A DNA stretch of 58,363 bases, filler included, from Sluysia triapertura (lineage: Eukaryota): the NCBI GenBank assembly GCA_046118255.1. It is 5 parts of 5 records of this genome, joined end to end, with 100 filler letters (N's around TTAATTAATTAA, not from the genome) between each part and the next. Parts side by side here need not be neighbours in the genome. Positions count along the whole stretch, not along the records: positions 22,501 to 36,051 come from JBJNIA010033154.1; positions 36,152 to 47,253 come from JBJNIA010188832.1; 3 more parts are not named here. One strand, written 5' to 3'. Below are positions 27,007 through 39,995 of the stretch, one piece after another (position 1 is the first letter of the stretch; every line of letters begins with the position of its first letter). Below the pieces are notes generated by a model. The model saw nothing but the letters and a program-made list of their open reading frames with translations. It had not been told where the DNA came from and searched no databases. The position numbers and the translations under genes are program-made.

Positions 27007-29979
27007 AAATTTAGGTATACCTTCGAATTTTATCACTAATGACTATTATTCCATTATTGTAATTATTACTAGAGAAATAAACTCACTTCTACTCCATCTT
27101 TGATTGTATACATGAAGTCGTAGTCTTCCAGACTTTTCGTCGTATGTGTATCTAATTCCATGCATGTAGATTTATTCTGACTTGGAGAAAACTGAATTGT
27201 GTATGACAAACTTCTACCAAATGATCGCACTTGATGAATATAACCAGCTGGAATAAATAAACAACCTCCTGCTAATACTGTTGCATATGTCCATGGCACT
27301 TCGCTTATATGTTTCTCAGTAAACATATTAATCATTTCAGTGTCTATTATCGAATGACCTTCACCAGTAAATGGATGCTTACATTAAAACAATTTTATTA
27401 ATTTAATTAATTAGTATATGCATTTTTTGATTAAAAAGTGAAAAACAAATTTACAAGAAATTCATTTATGATATAAAATCTGAAATGCATTACATGATTT
27501 TGTATTATGTATATATTTGAAAACTAAATTTAAAATGCTTTCCCTTAGAGGCTAAATATGTTAGTTCAGATCACTAGAATAATTAAACCGCTAATCACGA
27601 TCTGAAAAATAATCTGATCTGAAATTTGCGCTGGGAGTAGCGAAACCCCATAATTATTCATTTATGTAACCTTTGTTTGGTTTTTCACCAAAGTTTTACG
27701 ATAATTATAATTTAATTATGATTTTTAAATTAAATTCATTTTCCGTTACACATTTAATGGATTTTCTAAATTTCAATTTTATCATTTTTTTCAGAATCAT
27801 ATAAATACTCATGTACCACTTGAATGTAACTAATATACTACTTTTGATTGTAAAAGGCCCAATAATTGATTTCTTTGTGACGGATTTATTAATGTTCCTA
27901 ATGAATTAGGATCTTCGGTGAGGCTTTTCCATAGCACAAAATTGGAAATTTATTAAAATTTTAAAATTTAACAATAAAATGAATAATTAAATAATTATCT
28001 TTATTATAGTATAAAAATTTATATTTATTTCATAAGCATATTATGCGATATGTGATTCAGCGTTTGTGCAAAAATGCAAAATGGTATAAATCATGTTTAT
28101 ATTATTTGTAAACATTTACTTATTTTCTAGTGTCAGTAAATAATTCAATTCATTTATTTATATATAAGAAATATTTACTTTCTCCACCATTTTTAACAAA
28201 GATTTATATTTGCCGTTTATTAATATGAAATCTTTGCGTCCATCTGCCATACAATGTAGTTGATGATCTCCGTGATAATGAAGTAATGATCCAGTTCCAC
28301 CATACGCCATCCATAATTCAGTTTCAACAAGATTTCGCAAAATATGATCACATTTTAAAAAATTTGGGTACTAATAAAAATAGAATTATAAATTTATAAT
28401 CAATACTATTTAAAAATGTATTATTTTAATATGTATTATTTTTCTGGTTTTAGATATATAAGATTAAAAAAGTTTTAATACCAATATATAATGTATCTTT
28501 TTATTTTTTCTTAAAACGAAGATAAATTATCCTGTTAATTTTTTGAAATAAGTATGAACGTGTGATTCATTTTCGAAACATTAAAAGAATTATTTTAAAA
28601 AATGAACCGTAAATAGATTGCATATTCTGATGAACTATTCTGTTAAAATCACAATAATTTCATTGTTCTCTTTCAGATGGATAAAAATTTATTTATTTAT
28701 TTATAATAATAATAATAATAATAATAATAACTATGATTTCTTTTAACAGTTCATCAGGCATTGTACTTGCAATATAAATGTCTTGTAATTGATAAAATTC
28801 AATGAATCTAGCCAATGAAGTTTTTAGGGTTTTTTGATTGGTCTGTCGTATTCTTTTTATGACCCATACTTGAGACTGTCCATGACTAAAATTATAGAGT
28901 AATTGAATTTAAAATAATAATATTAATCTTCAAATAAAAATCACGTGAATGAGAAAATAATTATCTGATTTGATATTTTAATATTATTTAAAAATATTTA
29001 GTAATTATTATAAGTTATTTATTCCATTATATAATTTAATTTCATGTAAACTTTGAATGTAAAGTAGCGAAATTACAAAATTCTGTAAATTATGAAAGTC
29101 TTCTCTCTTCACCCTTTCGGGACGGAGACACATATATGCGTCTAAGCAAGTATCTTAAAAATAAGTTATTTTATCAATAAAATGTTTTAAATCAATTTAA
29201 GGCCCCTAATTTCATTTTTCGTTACGTTTCTAAATAAAATACATTTTATATTCACATTTTATATCATGGTTCCAATATAGAAGAAAATGTATTATATGCA
29301 ACCACACCATATAAAGAAAATATACAAAATTTCATTGTAGTGAATGAAAAGTTGGGTTGTGCATAGACCCTTATTTTAAAGAGTATCACATTCTTAACCA
29401 TTAAATTAAATATTAAACATTAAAACTTAAATTAAATATTTTATTGAAAACTTTCTGATTAAAAAAGGAGTTCCTGAAAGGGTTAATTATCACTCTTATT
29501 ATTAATGCAATGATAATAAAATGATATTTTAACTTAAGGAAATATGATCCTTACAATTTTTTCAATCTATCATCTGTCCATGTAGACCTAAATGGTTCGT
29601 TTTTATCAATAGCATTAAGAATTAAAAGAGGTTCTTCCTTCAAAACATTTTGTTCATAAAATTTTTTAGAATTAATTTCATGTTCTGTAGTTTTAACTGG
29701 TCCATCTGACGCTCTTTGATAACCTGAATAATGAAATCAATAAAACAATTGATCCTACTAACCTAAAGATCTTAAATGGCCAATTGGTATCTCTGCAAAC
29801 ATTGATCTGACAATTGTTGGTGGAAATTTGGTATCCATACCATGATCTTTAATAAAATAATCGCTAGGATCATCATTTTCTTCAATACAGTATATATTAA
29901 ATATAAAAATCAAAATGAGATAAAAATTTGTTTGAATATTTAACAAAATAGCTTTGTTTAATTTCGTGTAATAATTCAT
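27007..29979 (-). CDS. Secreted JmjC/cupin_8-domain protein (JMJD7/HSPBAP1/KDM8-like family); 3' end uncertain
   Basis: At least 5 exons: hydrophobic N-terminus, GHLRSLGYQR, PLLILNAI..WTDDRL, LWMAYGGTGSLLHYHGDHQLHCMADGRKDF, GGCLFIPAGYIHQVRS. Frame is conserved across GT-AG introns. Confidence 0.85.
29112..29482 (+). mobile_element. Non-autonomous piggyBac (371 bp) in a JmjC intron
   Basis: TTCA|CCCTTTCGGGA ... TCCTGAAAGGG|TTAA; internal RKCIIC..FHCSE*KVGLCIDPYFKEYH (CRD). Confidence 0.85.
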
Positions 29980-31258
29980 AATTAACTATATAGATTTAAA
30001 TATGGTACGTAAATCTAAATTACGTTTTTATTGGCAACATATGGTTTCTATTTATTTAAAATGAGTAATTAATACTTTGACTTAATTTTATTTATTGTAA
30101 TAACTTTAATAATTTGATATATTTTTTAATAATGAAGGAAATTAATTTTCATGTTTATTATAACTTAAATGAGCAATTAATTTATCTTTTAATAATTGTC
30201 GTAACAAGAAGCTACTGATAAAGCAGTAAATACATTACTGATAAATTTGAATGTGTATACAATCAATAACGCCTAATATTAATGACAATTAAGTTATCAA
30301 AAAATCAACATAGATCCCTTTATTTAGTTCACCTGTATGTCTACCTAGCTCTTCATTTTAGCTGTAATCAAGATAAGATTATCCAGTGATGAATTAGAAC
30401 ATTAGTTATAGAACGAAAATGATTTTAATTAAAATTAGATGTTCATAAAGCTGACAAAATGTGTAGTTGTATGAAGGAACATTTCAAGATTGAGTGCAGA
30501 ATACTTTCAGAGATATGATAGAATGCAAAGGTTGAAATTATTTTAATTTTTCGTTAATAGGAGAAATTAATATTTAATAAATGAAGAGTTTTTATTTGAC
30601 TATTTAATGCCTAAAAATATTATGACGTCAATATCCAATCCGTACATGGTTTTCTAGAATTGTTGCGTTTTGATTCGTGTTGACTTCAGAAACGAGTGTT
30701 GATGTTCTATACGTCTATAAACACCGATAATTATTTTATTTTGAAATAATTTCAATATCATGTCATTGCTGAAAATTGCATTTACTTAATATGGTATGTT
30801 AATTCAAAATATTAATTTCGATATTTTACTGAATGAAAATTTTATTGTTGACGATTGGTTAATATCCTCATTAATTGTAATTGTAAGATACTGATTTTTT
30901 GTCCTAGAGTTTATCTGATTATTTATTTTTGATTGAGACTCATTTTATCTCGAATAGTAAGCATTTCGTTATGTATGTTTTATTGGTGCTGATATTTTTT
31001 ATTTTATTGCCTGATATTAAACGAAATTGTGCAATGATTTAATTTTTTTCGAAAATTAAATGATCTTAATTACTGACATAATAATTATTGTATTATATTA
31101 TAAATTTTATTAATATATATTGTATTATGTACTATATTAAAGTTTAGTAGCTGTATTGTATATTTGCCCATTTTTTCAAATATAAAAGCTATATTGTCTT
31201 AGTTTTGATTTATTCTTAAAATTTGTATCAATTTCAATATTACTTTAAGTCTCTAAAG

Positions 31259-31330
31259 CAGTGTTGTCAAAGTGGCGGCCCGCAGAGGCAAATCATGCGG
31301 CCCGTAAAGCAAAAAGGTTTGACACCACTT
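31259..31330. mobile_element. 72-bp hAT/Charlie-type MITE
   Basis: TIRs CAGTGTTGTCAAA / TTTGACACCACTT, 8-bp TSD CTCTAAAG / TTCTAAAG, two internal GCGGCCCG motifs. Confidence 0.85.
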
Positions 31331-32071
31331 TTCTAAAGCCTAGCATTAATACAATGTGTCAAAATGTGTATATTAATGTATAATATTTATATTTGTAAGT
31401 AGAAAGCTTTAAAAGTTGTTTTATAGAGAATAAGTTTTAAGGTTATGTACCAATTATACAAGGCGCATTGATTATTATCTAAGGCAAAGTGATTTTATAC
31501 ATGAACAATAAATAGAAACATGCACCTTCATTAGTTTTTCAGTTGCAATAATCTTACTATTACTGTAATGTGTATGCGCGGAGAGTTATCGTTATTGTAC
31601 GTGAATGTCTCTTTATTGTGTATAGAAAGTATTATTAGAAGTGTTACGATCACTATCATTGTCATTATTGTTAATATTAATATTTTCATCATTAGTACTA
31701 TCGTCACAATTGCTATTATAATTTTAATTATTTTTTAATTTCTGTTATATTTATTAGAACTAAAATCATTATTATTAAATAAGATAAGCTGTTCCGCTAC
31801 AGGTTGAGCGCCAATTTAAAGGATTCAAGTTTAACTTTAAAACTATTACAAACTTTCTTATTGATGGCGTGTTTTGGAAATCCCAGCAAAATTAATACTA
31901 CCTTTTTTATTATGAATTTTTAATTCCTTATTCGCAAAAATTATACATCTATGGTCTACTAGTAGGAGAACGAGTAGACCACAAAACAAACAAAATTTCG
32001 ATTAACATATTGTTGGGATACAGGCCTAAGGTGCCACTTAGCATAATTGAATATAATAATCTAAAATTGTT

Positions 32072-32143
32072 GGGCTGATAGCTCAGTGGTAGAGCATCGA
32101 ACTGCACAGTGAGAGGTGCCGGGTTCGATCCCCGGTTAGTCCA
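32072..32143 (+). tRNA. tRNA-like gene/pseudogene (Ala-type body, GCA in anticodon register, unpaired anticodon stem)
   Basis: Acceptor GGGCTGA/TTAGTCC-A (G3:U70, A73), D stem GCTC/GAGC, T arm CCGGG-TTCGATC-CCCGG, intact A/B boxes and TTTT terminator. Anticodon stem TCGAA/GTGAG does not pair. Confidence 0.8.
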
Positions 32144-34447
32144 TTTTATGAAGTCTAACAATATGAACAATAAAAGTAAACAATTGATATGGAAAAGTAA
32201 CTAATAACTATATTATTGTTAATTATTCTCAGTTTTATAAGTTCATTGACCGACGTTTTTAATGTAACGTTTTAATAACAGAATCATAGATAAATTGTAG
32301 AATTCTTTGTATTGAACTAGTATTAGAAAATAAAATATATGATGAAATTGATTTTCTATTTTGAAAGCTTTAGACGTAACATTTTTTTATTCATCAACGT
32401 ATGTATCAGAATCTTGTAAACTAATTTCAGTACTATTTATTGCAATAAAATGTTCATTGATATTACATATACGTGTTTTATTTATGAGACTTAGACTTAT
32501 ACTTCCAAAAATATCGTGAGGGTCGGTTCGACTAATTAAACACACTTTACACTTGATTGGAGGCGTTTTAATTAGATTTAATCTTAAGTGACAACAAGGA
32601 AGAAAGCAATCCTAAATACTTTAAGAAGATTGTGTAACTTAAGAAGTAAGTTATTTAAAACAGTACTTTTTAGTAAGTGCTTTCAACGACGTTAAGATAG
32701 CCTTATTACGATTTGCCAGTATATTGCAAAATAAATTTATATGTTGAGTCAGCCTATTTTATTCAGTTGTAATATTAAATCAACTTTTGTACGGTCTGAT
32801 TCAGCAGTCAATATTTTAATATAAAAGAATTTTAAGACTAAAAATATATTATTAACAAAATCTATAACAATTTACTAGTAAAGTATACAAAATCCTTACA
32901 AATAATAAAAAGTATACTTATTTTAATACCTTAAGCTTACTGCTTAGGTATATCAAAAATTAGATTTTAATTAAAAGTTGGCTTATCCAGTTACGGTCTA
33001 GGACAAATAAATAGATTTTAAGTAAAATTTTTAAGGACCCTATTATATTAAAATTAGGGTAATTTAAAAACTTATGGACTAAAAAATTACTTATGCACGG
33101 AACTGTGAACTTAGAATATCTCCTGACTAAAAATGAAATCCTCTTCTGTAAAATTTTTAGTGGTTAAAATAATTCCAAAATTCCACTATTTATATTGTGA
33201 TTCGCCAAATTGGCGTTCATTATTATTACTTGCACAATGATTTATTTATTTAGACCACAAAAAATTATTATTAAATGTTTTATTACCATTTCTTTAATAT
33301 TAAATTTTATTTAATTTATTTTACAATAGAAATAATATATAAACACAATTCGAATATTTTTAAATAATATAAAATCAAATAATGTTAATGTAAAATACAA
33401 AATATTTAAAAATATAAAACAGAATATTTAAAATACATAACAATCAAATAATGACATCAATTTAAAATATTTATAAAATTCAAAAGATGTCTATGATTCT
33501 GCGATCCAACACATATTTACTATCATCATATTCAAGTAAACTTAAGGAAAAACAGAAACAATACCGATAAATAATAATAAACTTGATTTGTGTATATACT
33601 GAGTATATTATTAGACCACAAAATATGCGAATCTACAAACTCCGTTAGAAAGAAAAGGTGATATCAAAAGTTTCATGAAATCAAAGCTTTCTTTGAATTC
33701 AACTTTCCGGATTTTACAATTCGATATACGGTACAAATTTAAAAATAGTGCTTACTTCATAGTTTACTGATTATTTAACATTTGTATTTGTCTGATTACA
33801 TCACAGATTCTTACGCTTAACATCATTGCCATGCATTTTAAATAATTTAAATTATATGCATTGCAAAATTGTTGCTGTTACAATTTTCAAAATTAACAAA
33901 TTAATGATTATTAATTTATCCAATTGCTAAATAGCGAATATAATAAATAGAGACTAAAAATTAAATAAGTATATTAAATAAATGGAAAAGAAAGTAAATC
34001 ATGATAAATACTTAAGTTTATTTCAATAGATGGAAAGTAATGAACAAACAAAACAATAATAAAACATTAATAAAACAGTGTATGTAGAAATAAAAAGCTT
34101 GTTGTCATCATTGTAAAAATTGTGTACAGTGATGAGTTCTGATTTATCCAACTAAAAATTATCTTTCTTTAGTATTCGACGCAAAAGTATACTTAACTAA
34201 AATCCTCTTTTTATATCTTTATTTCAAGACGCAGTTACGGTAATTATGTTTTGTTAAAAGTGGCGTCGCTCACTAACTTTTTTTAAAAAATTATTATTGT
34301 CTTTTAATTATTAGTTTTATTACTTATTTAATTATTATCAATTTATTATTAAGAAAGATTTATAGCATGCTCTTTGACAATAAACTTAACTATAAAATTG
34401 TAAAATATGGACTTAAGGTTCGTTCTAAGTAGCGAATATTTATCATT

Positions 34448-35229
34448 AGACATCAGCTTCAGGCCACAGTTATATAATTTTTGTTGTTCTAATTTAAAAA
34501 GACGGAAGAAAAATATAAAATGAATTTCAAAAAGGACTCCATCAAATATTTATCAGTATAAAATTCTAATTCGATGTCTTTAGCGTATAAATCTTTAAAC
34601 TTGTCTTTTTCAATAAGTGTAGTATAGTATCCTTCATTTGTGTCGTTGATTGAAACATGAAAAATAAATCGCATGCATGAAAACAAAAGGGATATGTAAC
34701 CTGAAATTTTTAATTTATCTCTCGAAATTCCAAAACGATCCAAAAACCAGAGAAAATTTTAAATTTTTTTATATAATAATGAAATCCACGGCAATAGATT
34801 CTGCTGCTGCTGTTGCGGTAGAACTGCAAACGAAATTTGAGATATTGCCGTAATTTCGCGAACATTATCATGTCTGACTGATTTTGCTTGAATTTGTAAC
34901 GATTATTTTAAACGCGCGTTTACCAATTAAGAGATTGCTTATAAGCATTCATAATAGAAGAATCACTTTCGTTGGTTCGATGTCACATTCGGAATATGTA
35001 GGATGTCCATATTGATCGACTTCTTGATGCATAAAATCTGTTTCTAAATTCGTTTTTCTTTCCTGTTCGTGTTTTGGTGACTTTGAAACCTTCTTTCAAT
35101 CATTAGGATTGCGATATTGCCGCTTTCGATAAGTTTTCTATAAACTAGATATTCTGGACCACAAAAGTTAATAAAAAGACATCGGTTTAAGGCCCTAGCT
35201 ATATAATTTTTGTAGTTCTAATTAAAAAA
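34448..35229. repeat. Pair of ~53-bp direct repeats ~730 bp apart
   Basis: agacatcagcttcaggccacagttatataatttttgttgttctaatttaaaaa versus agacatcggtttaaggccctagctatataatttttgtagttctaattaaaaaa. Confidence 0.7.
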
Positions 35230-36249
35230 TTCAAAAAATACAAAACAGTAATAATTTCCGTATCTGGCCAATCACTGACGTTTAATTGGTGCAAGACAAA
35301 ATCGATGACAACTACAATCAACAATTAAGAAGCCTCGTCTCGTCCCGCAAACAAATCCGTAACCTCCTATGGTGAGCTCAAAGCAAAACATGATCATAAA
35401 CACAAACATTAACACAATACATTTCTCATAAATAAAATCTTAGACAAATCTCAAAACGATCTAACACAAAATACCAAATCAACAAACATAAATAAAACAG
35501 AAAATATCTTCAAATAACACTATTCAAATTCAGTATATCATCAAGTTATTGTTATCTTATTATTACTACTTTCATTTTTGTATTTTATTATCCCTTATTA
35601 TTGTATCTTAATGACATTCATTTTGGTTTCCACAATTTATTATTATGAACACGAATTTCGATTTGTGCCTTTTGAATATATCACCTACATATTTTCAAAA
35701 CTTGTGATATTCATTTTTTGTTTTACTAAACATTAAGCATGTCTAATGTTGGAACACATTAGTATTTTATTTATATTCTTATACAAAATTGCACTAACAT
35801 TAACGAACGATGAAACTGAAGTATTAAAAATAACTAAATTTAGCTACACTCACGCAACGAATAATGTCAAGCAGTATATTGATTGTACTCAATTAAATTA
35901 ACTAAAACATTAAAAACAATACATAGATTTCATAACGACAGTTGCATATGGAAAGTAAATAAATAATAATAATAATGTTAATTATTTTATTTATATTAAT
36001 AAAGAATGATGCATTAACAAAAAATACGCTTAAAGGTAATAAATCATATTTNNNNNNNNNNNNNNNNNNNNNNNNNNNNNNNNNNNNNNNNNNNNTTAAT
36101 TAATTAANNNNNNNNNNNNNNNNNNNNNNNNNNNNNNNNNNNNNNNNNNNNATTTCGGTAAATCGATTAATATTAAATTTATTTCAGCTAAACACGATAT
36201 GAAACATAGAATAACAGAAGTGGCAGGAAAAGTAGATTATACTACTAGC

Positions 36250-36307
<58 letters not shown>

Positions 36308-39300
36308 TATAATAATAATGATAATAATATAATAATGATAATAAAGAAAGACTTTAAAATTTGAAAATAAAAAATAAAATTTAGAAATAAAATAAAACAA
36401 AAGAACAATAACAGTAAAGAATGGAGTGCACCATGGTTAATTGAATAAAAGCAATGTAAGATTACTATGAAAGTGTAATTTTGGTAAAATAGAAATGAAT
36501 AACAAGCATAAAAAAACACAAATAATGCAAATGAACAAGGTGGATATAAATAAATTATATCGCCAGAGTTATAATACAGGATGAAATTAAATGTTACATA
36601 GAAAATACTGGCTATAACCACAAGAATATAAAGAATAAGATTATAAGTATATATATTTTATTATAGAGTAAAAGTGGCCGTATATTGGAATTATTATAAA
36701 GTGAATAAAAAATTATTATTATTTGGTTTGTCTGAAAAATACTACTTAAGGTGTTATTTTTCAATGTAATCACTCAACAACAATTACAAAGTATTATAGA
36801 GGTTGCCACATTAAAGAAACATTAAATAATTGTTTGATTTATTGAAGACTTAATAACATTAATAACACTACATATTTATTTCAGTTGAAAACTTGTGATT
36901 TTTATGCATTCTACAGTGGTGAAATCATTATTTTCGTTATTCACGAGTAATTTTCCATTAAATCACTTTTAAATATATATCCCGGAAAATGTCTCGAATT
37001 AGATAATTCCTCATATCATGTGAATTTTATATAGTGTAGGGTTTATAACTTTTAAAAAATGTCTGTCGTTATTTTTGATTTATTTAAACTCTTTATCTGG
37101 AGTTTAAAATTTTTATATTAACTGATTATATTTACTGAAAACTTTATTTAGGAGGTGTAAGCTATATTATTCGTTTCAGATATCTGAGATAAAAATGTCT
37201 TTTAATGATTTAATTTGTACAGTTGTGCTACTTTTTATTTGTACGTGTCTTATTTATTGGTCAATCACAATTTCTTTAATTTCAATATTTAGGAAGGTTC
37301 GTTCATTAAAAATTCATTTCACTTTATTTAATTCTACTTATCAGGTTCTTATTTTTCCATGCAGCTCTAATTTCAGTTCCTTACTTATAAAGGAAATCCA
37401 ATGTGATTATGACAACTTTCTTTTAAGATCAAACGATTAAAATAATAACACTAATAGTCAAATAATACCATTTAAAACAATGCAATATAGATTTTTTAAT
37501 TATTGTTTGTAAAATGATTAAAGAATGGAAACATAAATTTTAATAAAGTAATTAAATAAAACCAATGTATATTTTCAATTAATAACAAAATGATATAGTA
37601 ATACAATAAGGTTAAATTTTAATTATATTTGTGCTTAGTATTTAACCAAAAAATTTCTTACTTACAAAAGTTAAAATATTCAAATTCAATTTCGTGTTCA
37701 ATGGAAAATCACAAATCTATCAATAAAAGATTTCGATTAAGCTCCCCCAATTAACTTTGGTGAATCAATTCAATTCTCGTACAATTATTCTCCAATTAGT
37801 TTTTAATACCTCAATACCGCGATTTGTTTTATATATATATATATATATATATATTACTTCACCATTTACACTGTCTGATATTATTATTATTCAGTTAATT
37901 TATTACTTATTTTATACATTACTATATATTGATATATAGTAATTAATTTTTCTGGTCTAATATTACTAGTTAATTTTTGAATGTATCGCAATAATTTTCT
38001 AGTCAAAATACTTTATTATCAATAATAAATTTTGTTATACTGCACTGTTTATAGTGTACTAAATAGTAATTTTATTATTATTTTACGATGTATATAGATA
38101 ATAATTTTGTTCAATATATAATTTCAAAATAAGTACAAGTGATAAATATAACTTTAATTCGTTATATAATTCCATTCAGATAATAAATCGTCGATTAATC
38201 ATTGATTCATTATTATTTCTTTCATAAGGTTATTAAATTTTAATTTCTTATTGTTTTTGTTTAATCAACAATATAGAAATAACATGCATAAGACAGAAAT
38301 ACTCGACATATAACACAACGCAAAACTCAGTTATAACAACTACAATATTAACATTAACACTCAAATTTAATATCGTTTATTATTATTATTTTAAAATTAT
38401 TCTTGTATTCTTGTTTCATTTTCTTAATTTTATTATTTCCTTTGTTATGTTTTGATTTCTTCGCTCCAAATGAAAATTATGCTGCATTTACAACAATGCA
38501 ATGGAATTAGAAAAGCATTTAAACTGTTCACACATTGAATTGAATATGATAGGTAATAATAACCACCTGTCGATAAAAAATTCAAGAAACAATATATTAA
38601 CATTACGAACAATTCAGTTAAACGTGACACTGAATCATCAGTAAATTAAATTCCACGAGTTCAGAGTGCTCATTTTCATCAACAGGCTTAACATAAATAA
38701 TTCTAGTCGTTATCAAGTAGAGCCTACTGCTACTAAAGCTAATAGATATCAGGATATCCTCCTGATCATGTTCCTGGAAAGTGAAATTTAGAATAACATT
38801 ATGAAGTAATTAATCATGCAGAATCTTGCGCTAATCACGAAACAAATCAAATAATCATCAACGTATCAACAAAACATGATTCACCAAAGAAACTAAATAA
38901 TAAAGAGCAACTTAATAATTCAGCTAACTGTTCAGTGGTTCCTGAAGATACTAAACAAAAATATTATCTTCACGAGGTCAAGTTGATAAATATAAAAAAG
39001 AACGTTCAAAAACTCAAGAAAATATTAAAGAAATTTCTAAATAAAATGAATGCTTATGTAATTCAATAAATTTTTTATCTCATTCAAATAAAATTACGTC
39101 TGATTGAACATCAAAAATGCAGCTTTACAAGGTAAAGCAATATTAAAAAGTATTGAATGGGTATTTAATCTTTTTGATGCGTTTTTAGATATGTTTAGAC
39201 ACTATGAACTACAGCTGATCATATTATCGAATACATTTCTCGTAAAACTAATACATCTTCTCAACCATCCAAGAGTTGACCTTAAAGTCCAAACTATGGC

Positions 39301-39889
39301 TATGACCAAGAATATTAGCGTTTGATTGTCTGACAATAGTAATTCTCAACTGACAGTAGATCAGAAATGATTGGGCAAAACCAAAACCAATTACATTATC
39401 AACAAGATGTTATTGATCAAAGTGCGATTTTACCAACTTGATGTCATACTTGTCACATACCGTAATGGAAATCGACACAATTGAATTTGAATAATGAAAC
39501 TGAAGCAGAACTGTTAAAATAAATTCAAAGCTTATAACTCGATCAAATTCTTCCACATCGTCTAGAATAGCCTCGTCAGATGAGAAAATCAACGTATATT
39601 CACATTCACCTACACTACCACCACCATCACAAAATCAACCGAAAAATATATAATAACTATGGAATTGATTTTGAAATGAAGAATATTTTAATGATAATGA
39701 TGCTTATGGTAATAGAAGTGCCACTGAAATTAGTTCTGAGAGTGTATGCCTAGTGCCCATTCAGAATCTCAACCAATTAAATCGGTAACCAGTAAAAATC
39801 TAAATTTTCAATAAACCACTAGCCAGTATCGATGGAATCAATAGTATTATTTTAGATGAATAATTTAGTTTATAGTGATCATTTAATTA

Positions 39890-39995
39890 TGAAAAAGAAA
39901 CAGTAAACCTCCTTCAAATGAAACATTGAGCAAGTGGCTTAAAGCAGCATGGAATTCTATTAGCAAGGAACTTGTTGAAAAAAAGTTTTTTATCA
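39890..39995 (+). mobile_element. pogo transposase C-terminal fragment
   Basis: KPPSNETLSKWLKAAWNSISKELVEKKF. Confidence 0.6.

Noticed and set aside
31949-32170. Minus-strand ORF (..NRGSNPAPL..ALPLSY..)
   Set aside because: Antisense shadow of the tRNA-like gene.
32480-33010. Possible further tRNA remnants (ggttcgact, cggtctaggac)
   Set aside because: Only isolated box-like words; no cloverleaf can be folded.
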